A stretch of DNA of 64,000 nt from a phage. The DNA lies in sequence record PZ452610.1; one strand, 5' to 3'. Position numbers and translations under genes: made by a program. The notes beneath the pieces were generated by a model. That model was not told the DNA's origin. It was given only the letters and a program-made list of their open reading frames with translations, and did not search any database. Of this stretch, positions 1 to 9,070 are shown one piece after another (positions within the stretch are counted from its first letter, which is position 1; every line of letters starts with the position of its first letter).

Positions 1-1739
1 TTAACTACGTCGTACACAGGGTTCTGAATCATTTCACGATATTCTGACTTTTCAAGGGAGCCTAATCCCTTGATGTATCGAATACTATGCTTAGGCAGTG
101 TATCTTTAACTTCTTCATACTCAGCTACAGTATAAAACCATTTTTGAGCTTTGCCAATTTGTGCAATAATTACAGGCGTTTTAACAAAGCGAATACGTCC
201 TTGTTCAAACAATTCAGGCCAATTACTAAAGAAAGCAAGCAAAGCCGGATAGATACTTCCAAGACCGTCGTGATCTGCATCAGTCATAATTGCAATATTA
301 CGATAGTTCGTATTCTCTGCCTTTTCACCAAGAATAAGACCTGTGATAGCACAGATATCAAAGAGCTCTTTGTTCTTCATCATATCAGCATATGACATAC
401 CCCAGCTATTCATCACCTTACCACGTAATGGGAATCCGCCGTGTAGTTCACGGTCACGAACATCAATGAGATAACCAATTGCAGAATCACCTTCTGTTAA
501 GAACAATGTCGTATCTGCATCTTTACCACATTGGTTAGCTTTAATATGCTTATGAACCTTAGCTTTAGTTGCCTTTTTAGCTGCTTTAGTTTCTGCAGCC
601 TTTTCTGCTGCCAATTTACGAGCTAATGCTGCTTCAACAATAGGCATAATCAAGGCTTCGTTTTTAAGAAGTGCCTGAGCAATTTTCTTAGCATCTAATT
701 GGATATGATTACGAATATCACCATACGTTGACGTTAAACGTTCTTTAGTCTGAGAATCAAAACGCATGTTGCTCATGTCTCTAATAAACATCAACATTGT
801 GAGGCATTCTTTAACACGAGCTTTAGTGACTTCAATACCCTTATATTTCTTTTTAATACCCGGCAAAAGATGTTCGCAGATATCGTCCATTACACATTCA
901 ACATGATGACCACCATTTTTAGTATGGATGTTATTCACATAAGTTAAATGACGGAAGCCATCTGGTGATGTTGTGAATGCTATAGAGACTTTATCATTTT
1001 CTTGAATGATGTTATCTTCACCAAATTGTTTAGCAAATCGTTTAAAATTACCATCAACCTTTTTACCATTAAATGTGAACTTGATATCAGGATAAACGAC
1101 TGCCAATGTTTGAAGTCGGTCTAAAGTAATATCTAAATAAATTTGAGATAAATTATGCTCTTCAAATGAAGAGAAATCAGGAGTGAAGATTACTTTAGTG
1201 CCTTTACCTTTAGATTTCTTAGAAGACCATGATTTGTTTTCCATTCCGTTTGAACAGTTAACAGTGATTTCATTTTCGCCATCTGACGTGATGCCTGTAA
1301 ACAACGTAGAGAAGATATTAGTTAAACTACTCCCGACGCCGTTCATACCACCAGTCTTGCGTTCAGAATCATCGCCAAAGTTACCACCAGCTTTTGGAAT
1401 AGTCCAGGCTGCTACAGGCCCAGGAATTTGTTCACCTGTTTGGTCGGTAACTAAACCTTGAGGAATACCACGTCCGTTATCTTCCACCGAAACTTGATTA
1501 TTTTTAATTTGCACATCAATTTTATTTGCAAACTTAAATGATGTACGAATAGCTTCATCAACCGAGTTGTCAATAATCTCATCGATTAATTTAACCAGAC
1601 CAGGAACATATTCAACTTGTTGATATTTACCAAACAAAAAACGCTCGTGGGCTTCTTTGGCCGAAGAACCAATATACATGCCACTACGTTTCTTAATATG
1701 TTCTACATCTGACAGTACCTTAATTTCATTTTTAATCAT
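1..1739 (-). CDS. 39: DNA topoisomerase II large (ATPase) subunit gp39, partial; C-terminal part runs off the window
   Basis: ATG at 1739 with SD GAGGAG; translation MIKNEIKVLSDVEHIKKRSGMYIGS... is a GyrB/ParE-type ATPase N-terminus; no in-frame stop to window edge. Confidence 0.85.
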   Translation of the reverse strand, partial: MIKNEIKVLSDVEHIKKRSGMYIGSSAKEAHERFLFGKYQQVEYVPGLVKLIDEIIDNSVDEAIRTSFKFANKIDVQIKNNQVSVEDNGRGIPQGLVTDQTGEQIPGPVAAWTIPKAGGNFGDDSERKTGGMNGVGSSLTNIFSTLFTGITSDGENEITVNCSNGMENKSWSSKKSKGKGTKVIFTPDFSSFEEHNLSQIYLDITLDRLQTLAVVYPDIKFTFNGKKVDGNFKRFAKQFGEDNIIQENDKVSIAFTTSPDGFRHLTYVNNIHTKNGGHHVECVMDDICEHLLPGIKKKYKGIEVTKARVKECLTMLMFIRDMSNMRFDSQTKERLTSTYGDIRNHIQLDAKKIAQALLKNEALIMPIVEAALARKLAAEKAAETKAAKKATKAKVHKHIKANQCGKDADTTLFLTEGDSAIGYLIDVRDRELHGGFPLRGKVMNSWGMSYADMMKNKELFDICAITGLILGEKAENTNYRNIAIMTDADHDGLGSIYPALLAFFSNWPELFEQGRIRFVKTPVIIAQIGKAQKWFYTVAEYEEVKDTLPKHSIRYIKGLGSLEKSEYREMIQNPVYDVV

Positions 1740-1777
1740 GTTGTCTCCTCGTTATGAAGGTATTCTATCATCCGAAA

Positions 1778-1800
1778 TCTAAAGCAAAAAGGGCCGAAGC
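1778..1800 (-). terminator. Hairpin AAGGGC-TTCG-GCCCTT followed by T-rich tract
   Basis: Perfect 6-bp stem with UUCG-type loop, TTTGCTTT tail on minus strand, right after the 1803..2225 gene. Confidence 0.5.
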
Positions 1801-1802
1801 CC

Positions 1803-2225
1803 TTATTTAAATTTAATTTTCTGAAGTGCATCAATTGCAGCCAAACGCCCTTGTTCACTTTTAACTGTAATGACCACATCACCTGATACGATCACCGAAC
1901 CATCAACAAATTCTATAGAGCCTTTTTTGAAATCGACAGCTGTATCTGGTTCCGGAACTTCTTCAAAGAATTTAAATTCTGCACCATAAATCAGAATATC
2001 ACCTTGCATACTAATGATTGTACGTCCAGGTCCATCGGTTTCAGCGGCAATCATTGAAACACCGTAGCCAATCATCTCTTCTACAATAAAATCTCTTGAT
2101 AATAAAACCGTATGCAGAGTAGTGTTAAGACGTTTACCAGTCGTATTAAGAATTCTCAAGAAATTATCTTCCTGTCCTTTGATAATACGATATTTCTTAC
2201 CAACTTCAAAACCTTTAAAAGCCAT
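1803..2225 (-). CDS. Hypothetical protein, 140 aa (39.x/goF region of T4 map)
   Basis: ORF with ATG start, tightly packed after the upstream gene; position only. Confidence 0.55.
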   Translation of the reverse strand: MAFKGFEVGKKYRIIKGQEDNFLRILNTTGKRLNTTLHTVLLSRDFIVEEMIGYGVSMIAAETDGPGRTIISMQGDILIYGAEFKFFEEVPEPDTAVDFKKGSIEFVDGSVIVSGDVVITVKSEQGRLAAIDALQKIKFK

Positions 2226-2227
2226 AA

Positions 2228-2407
2228 TTAACCCTTCTTAAGTAAGTCGTAAAAACCACCGTTCACATGTTTAGGAGCAGAAACCCGACGAGTAGACAGA
2301 CGATGACATTCAGGGCAAACATCGTTTTCTCGTTCAGAAATCCTTTTAATTTTTTCATATTCATGACCACAATCTTCAGATTGACATTTATAATCGTATA
2401 ACGGCAT
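2228..2407 (-). CDS. FmdB-family zinc-ribbon protein, 59 aa (below ORF-track cutoff)
   Basis: Hand translation MPLYDYKCQSEDCGHEYEKIKRISERENDVCPECHRLSTRRVSAPKHVNGGFYDLLKKG; CxxC...CPxC ribbon; SD AAGGAA before ATG 2407. Confidence 0.6.
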   Translation of the reverse strand: MPLYDYKCQSEDCGHEYEKIKRISERENDVCPECHRLSTRRVSAPKHVNGGFYDLLKKG

Positions 2408-2409
2408 TA

Positions 2410-2820
2410 TTATTCCTTAAAATGTGCTTTCAACATTTGATACAAAGACCATGCCTGGTCATTATTTTTGATAGTAATCGTCATCACAGGAAATTCAGAC
2501 AATTCATCAAGTTCACCAGAATCTTGCTCTTCGGACGCTTGATATGGATTTCCAACTTCGTCAAAGAACTCTGCTTCATTAGTGGAGAGCCAAATAAAGT
2601 TTTCATCAAGAATATCACCGCCTGTTGCGTATCCAACTGTGCCAGTAGATGTCACAATTTTAGTAGGACGACCAAGATGGTCAACATCTAATACTTTAAA
2701 TGGTTCCATGCCAAGACGTCGTGCATAAATCCCATTATCAGTGTGGTCTTTAATAAACTCTTCTTGGGCACGTTTATCTTTAAATTGGTACCATGAGTTA
2801 ACGCGGAATTTATTAGCCAT
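2410..2820 (-). CDS. Hypothetical acidic protein, about 136 aa
   Basis: Track ORF starts at TTG 2838; ATG at 2820 (MANKF...) has SD GAAGGAAA, preferred start. Confidence 0.55.
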   Translation of the reverse strand: MANKFRVNSWYQFKDKRAQEEFIKDHTDNGIYARRLGMEPFKVLDVDHLGRPTKIVTSTGTVGYATGGDILDENFIWLSTNEAEFFDEVGNPYQASEEQDSGELDELSEFPVMTITIKNNDQAWSLYQMLKAHFKE

Positions 2821-3047
2821 TAGTAAGTTTCCTTCCAATAAGTTGTACCGTTTTCAGTGATTTCACGGAAGATACCATAGATGGGCATTTCATCGCCAAG
2901 TTTTTCGTAAACGTAAACCACTTCGGTGTAGCATAAAAATTCGGTCCAGTTTTTCTGTACAACAACTAAATCAGGATTAAACAGAACATCTTCAAACTCA
3001 TCGATGTTTGAATCGGTAGTTACGTTTTTAATGATTTGACGTTTCAT
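2820..3047 (-). CDS. Hypothetical protein, about 75 aa
   Basis: ATG at 3047 (MKRQIIKN...) preceded by SD AGAGGAGA; stop overlaps next start. Confidence 0.5.
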   Translation of the reverse strand: MKRQIIKNVTTDSNIDEFEDVLFNPDLVVVQKNWTEFLCYTEVVYVYEKLGDEMPIYGIFREITENGTTYWKETY

Positions 3048-3104
3048 AATATTCTCCTCTTGTTTTGATAGGTCTATAGTATCATAGACCATAGTTGTTG
3101 TACA

Positions 3105-3629
3105 TCATTTTAGCAAAATAAAATCAACTTGTTCTGCCAATGAACGTCTAAACATTAATTGACAACTTCCGAGTATGAAATCAGGTGCTTCATAGACCGC
3201 GATGTAGTATCCTTTAGCTTTCAAGAGTTCAACATCCACTTGGTCATCAAACCATGCATAAACCGCGTCAACACTTTCAAATCCAAAATAGAACCCTTGA
3301 GCCCAATCTTCACTCAATTCAAATGTGTACTCAATTCTATGGTATCTTAAGATATTTTGTTCAAGGAGTTTGTCTTCATTTACTGTAGGACGATTAGGGA
3401 CATTATAGTTGTCGCCGTGATGGTAGAAGTTACCTGAGAGTATTCCATGCTTATCAAGGAATTCCCATGTTTCTTCAGAGTTGTCGGTGCCTGACCAACC
3501 GTACGGCGAGCGAGGTTCTTTATTCCAAGAGGTTTCCCAAATTCTGACGGCTTTACCGTCTTCGATAGCAATTCCTGGTAATGATTCACGTTGAGTACAA
3601 AAACTACGTTCTACGCGGTAAACTAACAT
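3105..3629 (-). CDS. Hypothetical protein, 174 aa
   Basis: ATG 3629 with SD GAGGAG; early promoter immediately upstream. Confidence 0.6.
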   Translation of the reverse strand: MLVYRVERSFCTQRESLPGIAIEDGKAVRIWETSWNKEPRSPYGWSGTDNSEETWEFLDKHGILSGNFYHHGDNYNVPNRPTVNEDKLLEQNILRYHRIEYTFELSEDWAQGFYFGFESVDAVYAWFDDQVDVELLKAKGYYIAVYEAPDFILGSCQLMFRRSLAEQVDFILLK

Positions 3630-3655
3630 ATTATTCTCCTCTGGTTGATATGGTT

Positions 3656-3684
3656 ATAATATCAAATCCAGAGGAGAAGTAAAC
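3656..3684 (-). promoter_or_regulatory. T4-type early promoter (GTTTAC - 17 nt - TATTAT)
   Basis: Minus strand GTTTACTTCTCCTCTGGATTTGATATTAT; spacer TCCTCTGG is complementary to the downstream SD region CCAGAGGAG. Confidence 0.55.
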
Positions 3685-3688
3685 AACT

Positions 3689-4108
3689 TTATGCGAAAGC
3701 AGCTGGGCTATATTTTTTAATTTGGAATTCAGGAACTACCATGAACTGTCCAGCGAAAACAATGTTATAAAGCTTAACACCATCTTCTACCCAACGGTCG
3801 CTAATAAATCCGGCGATTTGCTTAGTTTTCCACGGTGTTCCATCAGTTGCCGCAGCAATAGTGAATTCATGGTCTTTTTCAACAGAAACTGATCTGCATA
3901 ATCCCCATTTGAACGCTTTTTCTTCCGGTTCAATGAATTGGCTTTTAACGTAACCAATGTTACCATCAGCGTCACGAACTTTAACTTCGTTACGTCCAAA
4001 AACAGGATCACTCACAGAAAGAACTTCAACCAACTTCCCGGCAACTTTAGAGCGAGAAGCAACAGATACATATACGTAATCACCTGTAGAGAGATTTACA
4101 ATATTCAT
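3689..4108 (-). CDS. Hypothetical protein, 139 aa; member A of a 3-gene tandem paralog family
   Basis: Shares C-terminal motif GFISDRWVEDGVKLYNIVFAGQF with the next two ORFs; SD AAGGAA. Confidence 0.6.
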   Translation of the reverse strand: MNIVNLSTGDYVYVSVASRSKVAGKLVEVLSVSDPVFGRNEVKVRDADGNIGYVKSQFIEPEEKAFKWGLCRSVSVEKDHEFTIAAATDGTPWKTKQIAGFISDRWVEDGVKLYNIVFAGQFMVVPEFQIKKYSPAAFA

Positions 4109-4117
4109 AATAATTCC

Positions 4118-4573
4118 TTAAGCTTTACGAGGAGACACATAGCGAGTGATTTCAGATTCTTTAACAACTCGGAAGTCACCTAAGAATACGATATTGTATA
4201 ACTTTTCACCATCTTCAACCCATTGGTCACTAATGAAGCCACACATGGTATCAGTTGTGCTTGGATAGCCGTATTCATCGATGAAGTCAAATTCTTTATC
4301 AGTCTGGAATTCAACACCTTTACACAAGGCCCATTTGAACTGTGCATTAGGTTCAGTAGAAGCAAAATGAGCGCTCACATGAGTTTCCAAGAATTTAGGA
4401 CTTACGTAAGCATATTGAGTATCCTGACGTCCAAAACTAGGAATGATTCGAACTTTAACTTCTTTAATACGTCCCATGCCATTTGTGCGAAGTCCGACAA
4501 CTTCAACCAGACGACCTGCGGCTTTAGAACGGGATGCAGTTGATACACGCTTAATTTCACCAATAGTAATCAT
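4118..4573 (-). CDS. Hypothetical protein, 151 aa; paralog B
   Basis: C-terminal motif GFISDQWVEDGEKLYNIVFLGDF; ATG 4573 with SD AAGAGAGA; own promoter. Confidence 0.6.
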   Translation of the reverse strand: MITIGEIKRVSTASRSKAAGRLVEVVGLRTNGMGRIKEVKVRIIPSFGRQDTQYAYVSPKFLETHVSAHFASTEPNAQFKWALCKGVEFQTDKEFDFIDEYGYPSTTDTMCGFISDQWVEDGEKLYNIVFLGDFRVVKESEITRYVSPRKA

Positions 4574-4601
4574 AATTTCTCTCTTTGTTTAAATTGAATT
4601 C

Positions 4602-4630
4602 ACTATACTCCATCCATCCTTGGATGTACA
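4602..4630 (-). promoter_or_regulatory. Early promoter variant (TGTACA - spacer - TATAGT) for paralog B
   Basis: Minus strand GTACATCCAAGGATGGATGGAGTATAGT; same CCAAGGATGG spacer family as the 5159, 47180 and 48200 promoters. Confidence 0.45.
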
Positions 4631-4633
4631 ACA

Positions 4634-5128
4634 TTAATTTAGAATATTAACCACAGCACTACGTGGAACTACACTAAAATCACCTGCATGAACAACGTTC
4701 AGAAGTTCAACACCGTCTTCAATCCACTGGTCAGTTACCCAGCCACTTACCGGTCCAGCGAATGGTCGACGAATTGAAACTGCTTTACACAACAAGTCTG
4801 TAGGCTCGATAGGTTTAACTAAAGTACCGTACATAGAAGCGATGTCCATATCAAAGTGGAGACCATCTTTAACAGGTGCTTCTCCAATCAACAGTTCAAA
4901 GTCGGTGCTTGGAAGGGCGGTAGTAGAAATTGTACCATATGAATTTTTAATTTCTAAGAATAACCAAGGGCCTTCAGCTTGTTTGATGAAGTTAACAATA
5001 GTGAAACTATTACCTTGAGTGGCACCTAAAATTTCACAAAACTTTTCATAAGCTCGCACTGAAGCACCGTACCAGTTGATTTGTTTTTCGTCTTTCAGGA
5101 TGTAAGTGGCCGTAGTATTGATATTCAT
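4634..5128 (-). CDS. Hypothetical protein, about 164 aa; paralog C
   Basis: C-terminal motif GWVTDQWIEDGVELLNVVHAGDF; track start is TTG 5170, ATG 5128 (MNINTT...) preferred. Confidence 0.55.
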   Translation of the reverse strand: MNINTTATYILKDEKQINWYGASVRAYEKFCEILGATQGNSFTIVNFIKQAEGPWLFLEIKNSYGTISTTALPSTDFELLIGEAPVKDGLHFDMDIASMYGTLVKPIEPTDLLCKAVSIRRPFAGPVSGWVTDQWIEDGVELLNVVHAGDFSVVPRSAVVNILN

Positions 5129-5158
5129 AATGGTTTCCAGTTTGGTTAAGATAGAAAG

Positions 5159-5188
5159 ATTATACTCCAACCATCCTTGGTTGTAAAC
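5159..5188 (-). promoter_or_regulatory. T4-type early promoter (GTTTAC - 18 nt - TATAAT)
   Basis: Minus strand GTTTACAACCAAGGATGGTTGGAGTATAAT; near-identical copies at about 47180 and 48200. Confidence 0.55.
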
Positions 5189-5193
5189 TGTTT

Positions 5194-5871
5194 TTATCGC
5201 TGTTTTACACTTAACGGGTCAGGATTCTCAGGGACATCTTCAAGGCCAAGCGCATAACGCTGAGCATATTTTAACATCAAAATATCTTTAGCACAATCAT
5301 GAATACTATCATGGGCAACGAATCCTTTTAGCGTACCCATCGGTAATGGACACATACTTAATCCTCGTGTCAACGAGTAAGCTTCGATTGCTGTACGAAT
5401 ATCACGTTGAGCCCAGAATTTAACCGGTTCTAATTTATCAGTATCAATATCTGGTTCAAGAACACCTTCATCACGATAGAGGTCACGAATCAAATCGACC
5501 AAGATCGGGAAGTCAAAGCTCATACCACGGCACCACATCTGTGATTTCCATTGGTCAACTTTATTAGCTCGACAATAATCTAAAAAGATTTTAATGCCTT
5601 CAAGCGTAGTGACATCGTCTTCAGACGGAGCCAAGTTTTTACGTGCTTCAGCCGATTGTTCTTTCCACCATTTCATAGTGGATTTAGCGAAAACTCGCTT
5701 CCCTTTCTGAGAAGCTAAATTAAATTTAATTCGCTTACCTCGTTGAACAAGTTCTTCAAATGATTCAACAACTTCAGGGTCGGAATTATATGCAATAACC
5801 GCAAGGTCAATAACAGCCGCTTTTGATGTATTGCCGAATGTTTCAAAGTCTATAATAACATCAGTGCTCAT
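5194..5871 (-). CDS. dexA: Exonuclease A (DexA), 3'-5' exonuclease
   Basis: 225 aa, N-terminus MSTDVIIDFETFGN (DEDD exonuclease motif I); immediately downstream of dda as in T4. Confidence 0.85.
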   Translation of the reverse strand: MSTDVIIDFETFGNTSKAAVIDLAVIAYNSDPEVVESFEELVQRGKRIKFNLASQKGKRVFAKSTMKWWKEQSAEARKNLAPSEDDVTTLEGIKIFLDYCRANKVDQWKSQMWCRGMSFDFPILVDLIRDLYRDEGVLEPDIDTDKLEPVKFWAQRDIRTAIEAYSLTRGLSMCPLPMGTLKGFVAHDSIHDCAKDILMLKYAQRYALGLEDVPENPDPLSVKQR

Positions 5872-5880
5872 AATTTTCTC

Positions 5881-7194
5881 TCAAATAAAATGGACGTCAA
5901 AACGACCACGAGTCGTGCCGACATACAATAACTGTTTAGCTAATTCTGAATCGGCATAATGGATACACGGTGTATAAACAAAGGCCGTGTCAACAGACAT
6001 ACCCTGGGCCTTATGGAAGGTTGATACAGGTAGTGCCTTCACCTTAGTGAACATACGTTTAGCATCCCAGAATTCGCTCCATGGAGCTTTACCGCCTTTA
6101 TTCCAGAATTTATATGTTTCTGCGGTCTTAGCCAAAAACAAATTGAATTTATAAAGCTCTTCTTCAGAAGAAATAACCTTTATATCTTCACGGATGTATT
6201 CTTCATCATCACTATATGTTTCTACTGTAAGATTCCAGTATCGTATCATATATTCGCCTGAAACACCGCGTGCTTTAACGAATGTAGACGTTTCTACAGC
6301 ATCTCGAATACGAACGAATTGCCCGTTATTGAAAAGCATTTCGGTCATATTTTTGCCATCTAGCTTATATGTCTTAGTAAATGGCTCTTGTAGAACAATG
6401 ACTTCGTCTTTAATAAATGGCTTTTCTGTTTCGAGAAGTTTTCGGCGAATAATTGAATTTAACTTGTCCACCGACTTATTTGTGAATGCCATCATTCGAT
6501 TTTCGAAAAGGTCTTCAGGAGTTTTAACGACGTTAAAATAGTTCATCATATACGATTTAAGGTCTGTATATCCATGAACACCGTGCCCATCAACTACTTT
6601 ATCGTAAATCCATTTGCCATTACGAATATCAGTCGCAACATCAATAATTGGCGCATTGCTACGTTTAACTTCTGTAAGGTTGCATTGCACGAAGTCTTTG
6701 TGAGTGAAGAAAGGACTTAGATACGCAGTTGATTCGCCTGGGTCTACCGGACGAATCTGGCATCGGTCGCCGATTCCAATTACTGTGCACCATTTAGGGA
6801 TACTAGCTAACATTATTTTAAACAGAGGACGGTCGCACATTGACGCTTCATCAAATAACAGTACACGACACAAGGCTAAGTCGGGAACCTTTTTCTGTTC
6901 AAACAATACGTTTTCTTCGTATGTAGTTGGGTTGATTTTAAGAATGCTATGAATAGTCGATGCTTCTTGACCCGCAAGTTTGCTTAGAACCTTTTTAGCA
7001 GCATGTGTAGGGGCTGCTAAAATAATACCTGATTCTCCGGCAGAAATAAGAGCTTCAACGATGAATCTAGTAAGGGTTGTTTTACCTGTACCAGCAGGCC
7101 CATTAATAGTTACGTGATGTTTCTTTTCTTTAATAGCGTTCATAACAACGTTGAAGGCGTTTTTCTGGCCTTCAGTCAAATCATCAAATGTCAT
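5881..7194 (-). CDS. dda: Dda DNA helicase (SF1B)
   Basis: 437 aa; N-terminus MTFDDLTEGQKNAFNVVMNAIKEKKHHVTINGPAGTGKTT closely matches T4 Dda as I recall it; Walker A present. Confidence 0.95.
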   Translation of the reverse strand: MTFDDLTEGQKNAFNVVMNAIKEKKHHVTINGPAGTGKTTLTRFIVEALISAGESGIILAAPTHAAKKVLSKLAGQEASTIHSILKINPTTYEENVLFEQKKVPDLALCRVLLFDEASMCDRPLFKIMLASIPKWCTVIGIGDRCQIRPVDPGESTAYLSPFFTHKDFVQCNLTEVKRSNAPIIDVATDIRNGKWIYDKVVDGHGVHGYTDLKSYMMNYFNVVKTPEDLFENRMMAFTNKSVDKLNSIIRRKLLETEKPFIKDEVIVLQEPFTKTYKLDGKNMTEMLFNNGQFVRIRDAVETSTFVKARGVSGEYMIRYWNLTVETYSDDEEYIREDIKVISSEEELYKFNLFLAKTAETYKFWNKGGKAPWSEFWDAKRMFTKVKALPVSTFHKAQGMSVDTAFVYTPCIHYADSELAKQLLYVGTTRGRFDVHFI

Positions 7195-7502
7195 CGTAAA
7201 GTCCCTGCAATTGGAATACTAACAATACGGCCTGTGTCCAGGATTCGTTGATACAATCTTTGCGTCTCCGCATCTAGTTTAACGTGTTTCATTTCAAGCT
7301 TATTAAACCAGAACTTACGCGGAGTTTCGACCATTCTTAGAACTCCCATTTTTAAATCTGTTTTATACTGTGTTTTCAAAGTATCGAAAACTTTATCTGC
7401 AATATCCTTTCTAAAAAATACTGCAGGACGATGCTCATCAAGTGGAACCGGGACAGTAAATCCTTCCATATCTCGATAAACTATTGCATATACATAAACC
7501 AT
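7191..7502 (-). CDS. Hypothetical protein, 103 aa (dda.1 position)
   Basis: ORF between dda and the srd-like gene; start overlaps dda... stop. Confidence 0.5.
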   Translation of the reverse strand: MVYVYAIVYRDMEGFTVPVPLDEHRPAVFFRKDIADKVFDTLKTQYKTDLKMGVLRMVETPRKFWFNKLEMKHVKLDAETQRLYQRILDTGRIVSIPIAGTLR

Positions 7503-7504
7503 AA

Positions 7505-8251
7505 TTAACCTTTAATCAGTTGGAATAATGATGCGCTAAGTGGTAAGCCACGTTTCAATTTTAATTTACCAATGAAACCAATCTTTTCAAAACGTTGCAG
7601 ACCTTGGATAACTTTATCATATGTATCGAAAAGCGATTCAGCGTCAGTTAATTTAGTTTTAGTTTTCCAGTCAGAGCCTTTAAGAAGAACGTTGAGTTTA
7701 GTAAGTTCATGGCCTTCTGCTTGATGTGAGCCATTAATGCGTGCTTTCAAAGCAACAATTCTAAGTTTAGATTCGTTAGATAAAGGTTGATTTTTCATCA
7801 TGTTCGCCATATGCTTAACACGATTTTCACGTTTTGCTCGGATTTTTAAAATAGTACCATAAACCTTTTTGATTTGGGCCCATTTCTTCTCGTCGAGATT
7901 AAGTTTCTCTACTTTACGGGCCGAAGGATTGGCGATACGTCTTGCAATGGCATCGCGTTTCCCAATAAGCTCTTCTAATGTTAAATCAGAACGAGCGGTG
8001 TTATATTTTTTCTTAACCGGGATAACATTACCTTTAATGTAGCCTATATCATTATTAAAACGTTCTAAGGATAATTTCTCACCTTCAACAGAGTTATTAA
8101 AAGATTCACCTGAGTAAGCGCAGACCTTTTGATCAAGAATGTTTTTAAGGTAATTAAAGTCTAAGTTAAAATCCTTAGAGCGTCTCTTCGCAGAAGCTCT
8201 GGTGTGGTCAAGACGACGATTGATTTTGTTAATTTTATTATTTGATAACAT
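7505..8251 (-). CDS. Basic 248-aa protein at the T4 srd position; possible Srd-like factor
   Basis: Lys/Arg-rich; size and position match T4 srd (about 250 aa); contains a CxYSG...N..K segment resembling a degenerate HNH motif. Confidence 0.4.
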   Translation of the reverse strand: MLSNNKINKINRRLDHTRASAKRRSKDFNLDFNYLKNILDQKVCAYSGESFNNSVEGEKLSLERFNNDIGYIKGNVIPVKKKYNTARSDLTLEELIGKRDAIARRIANPSARKVEKLNLDEKKWAQIKKVYGTILKIRAKRENRVKHMANMMKNQPLSNESKLRIVALKARINGSHQAEGHELTKLNVLLKGSDWKTKTKLTDAESLFDTYDKVIQGLQRFEKIGFIGKLKLKRGLPLSASLFQLIKG

Positions 8252-8304
8252 AATATTTTCCTCTGTCTTACGGACGTTAAGGTCATTTAGCTGATAAGCT
8301 TATA

Positions 8305-8335
8305 ATATCATGCCCTCAGGTAGTGTACACTCTTT
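8305..8335 (-). promoter_or_regulatory. Early promoter variant (GTGTAC - 17 nt - TATTAT) upstream of the srd-like gene
   Basis: Minus strand GTGTACACTACCTGAGGGCATGATATTATAAG. Confidence 0.4.
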
Positions 8336-8404
8336 TTTCGTAAAATGCTTTAATTTTTTATGTGTTATAATGGTTCTGAGTTCCATCCGGTTATTCCAAT
8401 TCAG

Positions 8405-9013
8405 TCAGTAACTGACAATAGACAGATTCCAGATTGTATAACGTCCATCTTGAATAATAGAATCTACACGCAGTGTAGTCCCTATAGGGAGCATAAATTC
8501 ACATTCGTCAGATATAAGTCTAGCATTAGACCGTCTTGTCGCTTCAGGGAAAGCTCCATTGAACTCACAAGATGGCGCAGCCAGAATCATGTTAAGCATA
8601 TGTTCACGGAAGTTGAAAGCAAATGGTGCATCTTTGATGCAGAACATATTAAATGTTCCGTAAAAATTATACGAAGCAAAGTTACGTGCTACACCGAACA
8701 CTGGACTGAAGCTCATTACTCTGTCAAATTTAATAATACTACCAATGCCTTTATCATCAAGTGTAGCCATAGTTTTCTTAGAGATTCCACGATACATTGT
8801 CTCAGGAACAGAAGACGACCAATTTCTACGAACAATTGCACTTAAATCTTTTTGGATGCTATCAGGCTTGTTTTCCATACACTGCCATAGTACACTTTGT
8901 TCAATGTCACTGAATTGCTCATCGATTTTGTACTGAAGCATATCTTGATAATCCGGGCATTGAGCACGACGAACCATTTCTTCAATTTCACACTCGTTAT
9001 ACGGCATAAACAT
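8405..9013 (-). CDS. modA: ADP-ribosyltransferase ModA-like
   Basis: 202 aa; R (YRGIS) ... S (SFSP) ... E-x-E (DECEF) arrangement of R-S-E ARTs; paralog of next gene; T4 map position. Confidence 0.6.
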   Translation of the reverse strand: MFMPYNECEIEEMVRRAQCPDYQDMLQYKIDEQFSDIEQSVLWQCMENKPDSIQKDLSAIVRRNWSSSVPETMYRGISKKTMATLDDKGIGSIIKFDRVMSFSPVFGVARNFASYNFYGTFNMFCIKDAPFAFNFREHMLNMILAAPSCEFNGAFPEATRRSNARLISDECEFMLPIGTTLRVDSIIQDGRYTIWNLSIVSY

Positions 9014-9070
9014 TTAGGTTTCTCCTGTGGTTGATAAAGGTATAGTATCATCATCGGAAGAGTTTGTACA

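Noticed and set aside
87-1461. Plus-strand ORFs 87-395 and 1183-1461
   Set aside because: They lie antisense inside the gene 39 coding region, which has a strong, recognisable frame; low-complexity translations and no SD
3380-4365. Same-strand nested ORFs (3380-3589, 3787-4011, 4180-4365) and others of this kind (11243-11428, 28681-28899, 29200-29439, 30324-30554, 34210-34467, 42977-43171, 47463-47690, 47859-48059, 49527-49724, 50044-50250, 50782-50982, 54584-54784, 59725-59916, 63254-63490, 63780-63980)
   Set aside because: Alternative frames wholly inside larger, better-supported genes on the same strand; no independent SD or promoter
6194-6952. Plus-strand ORFs inside dda (6194-6541, 6704-6952) and similar antisense ORFs throughout (for example 26988-27274, 28232-28672, 33099-34664, 45910-46124, 52483-52818)
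   Set aside because: Each is antisense to a confidently assigned minus-strand gene; typical shadow ORFs in AT-rich DNA
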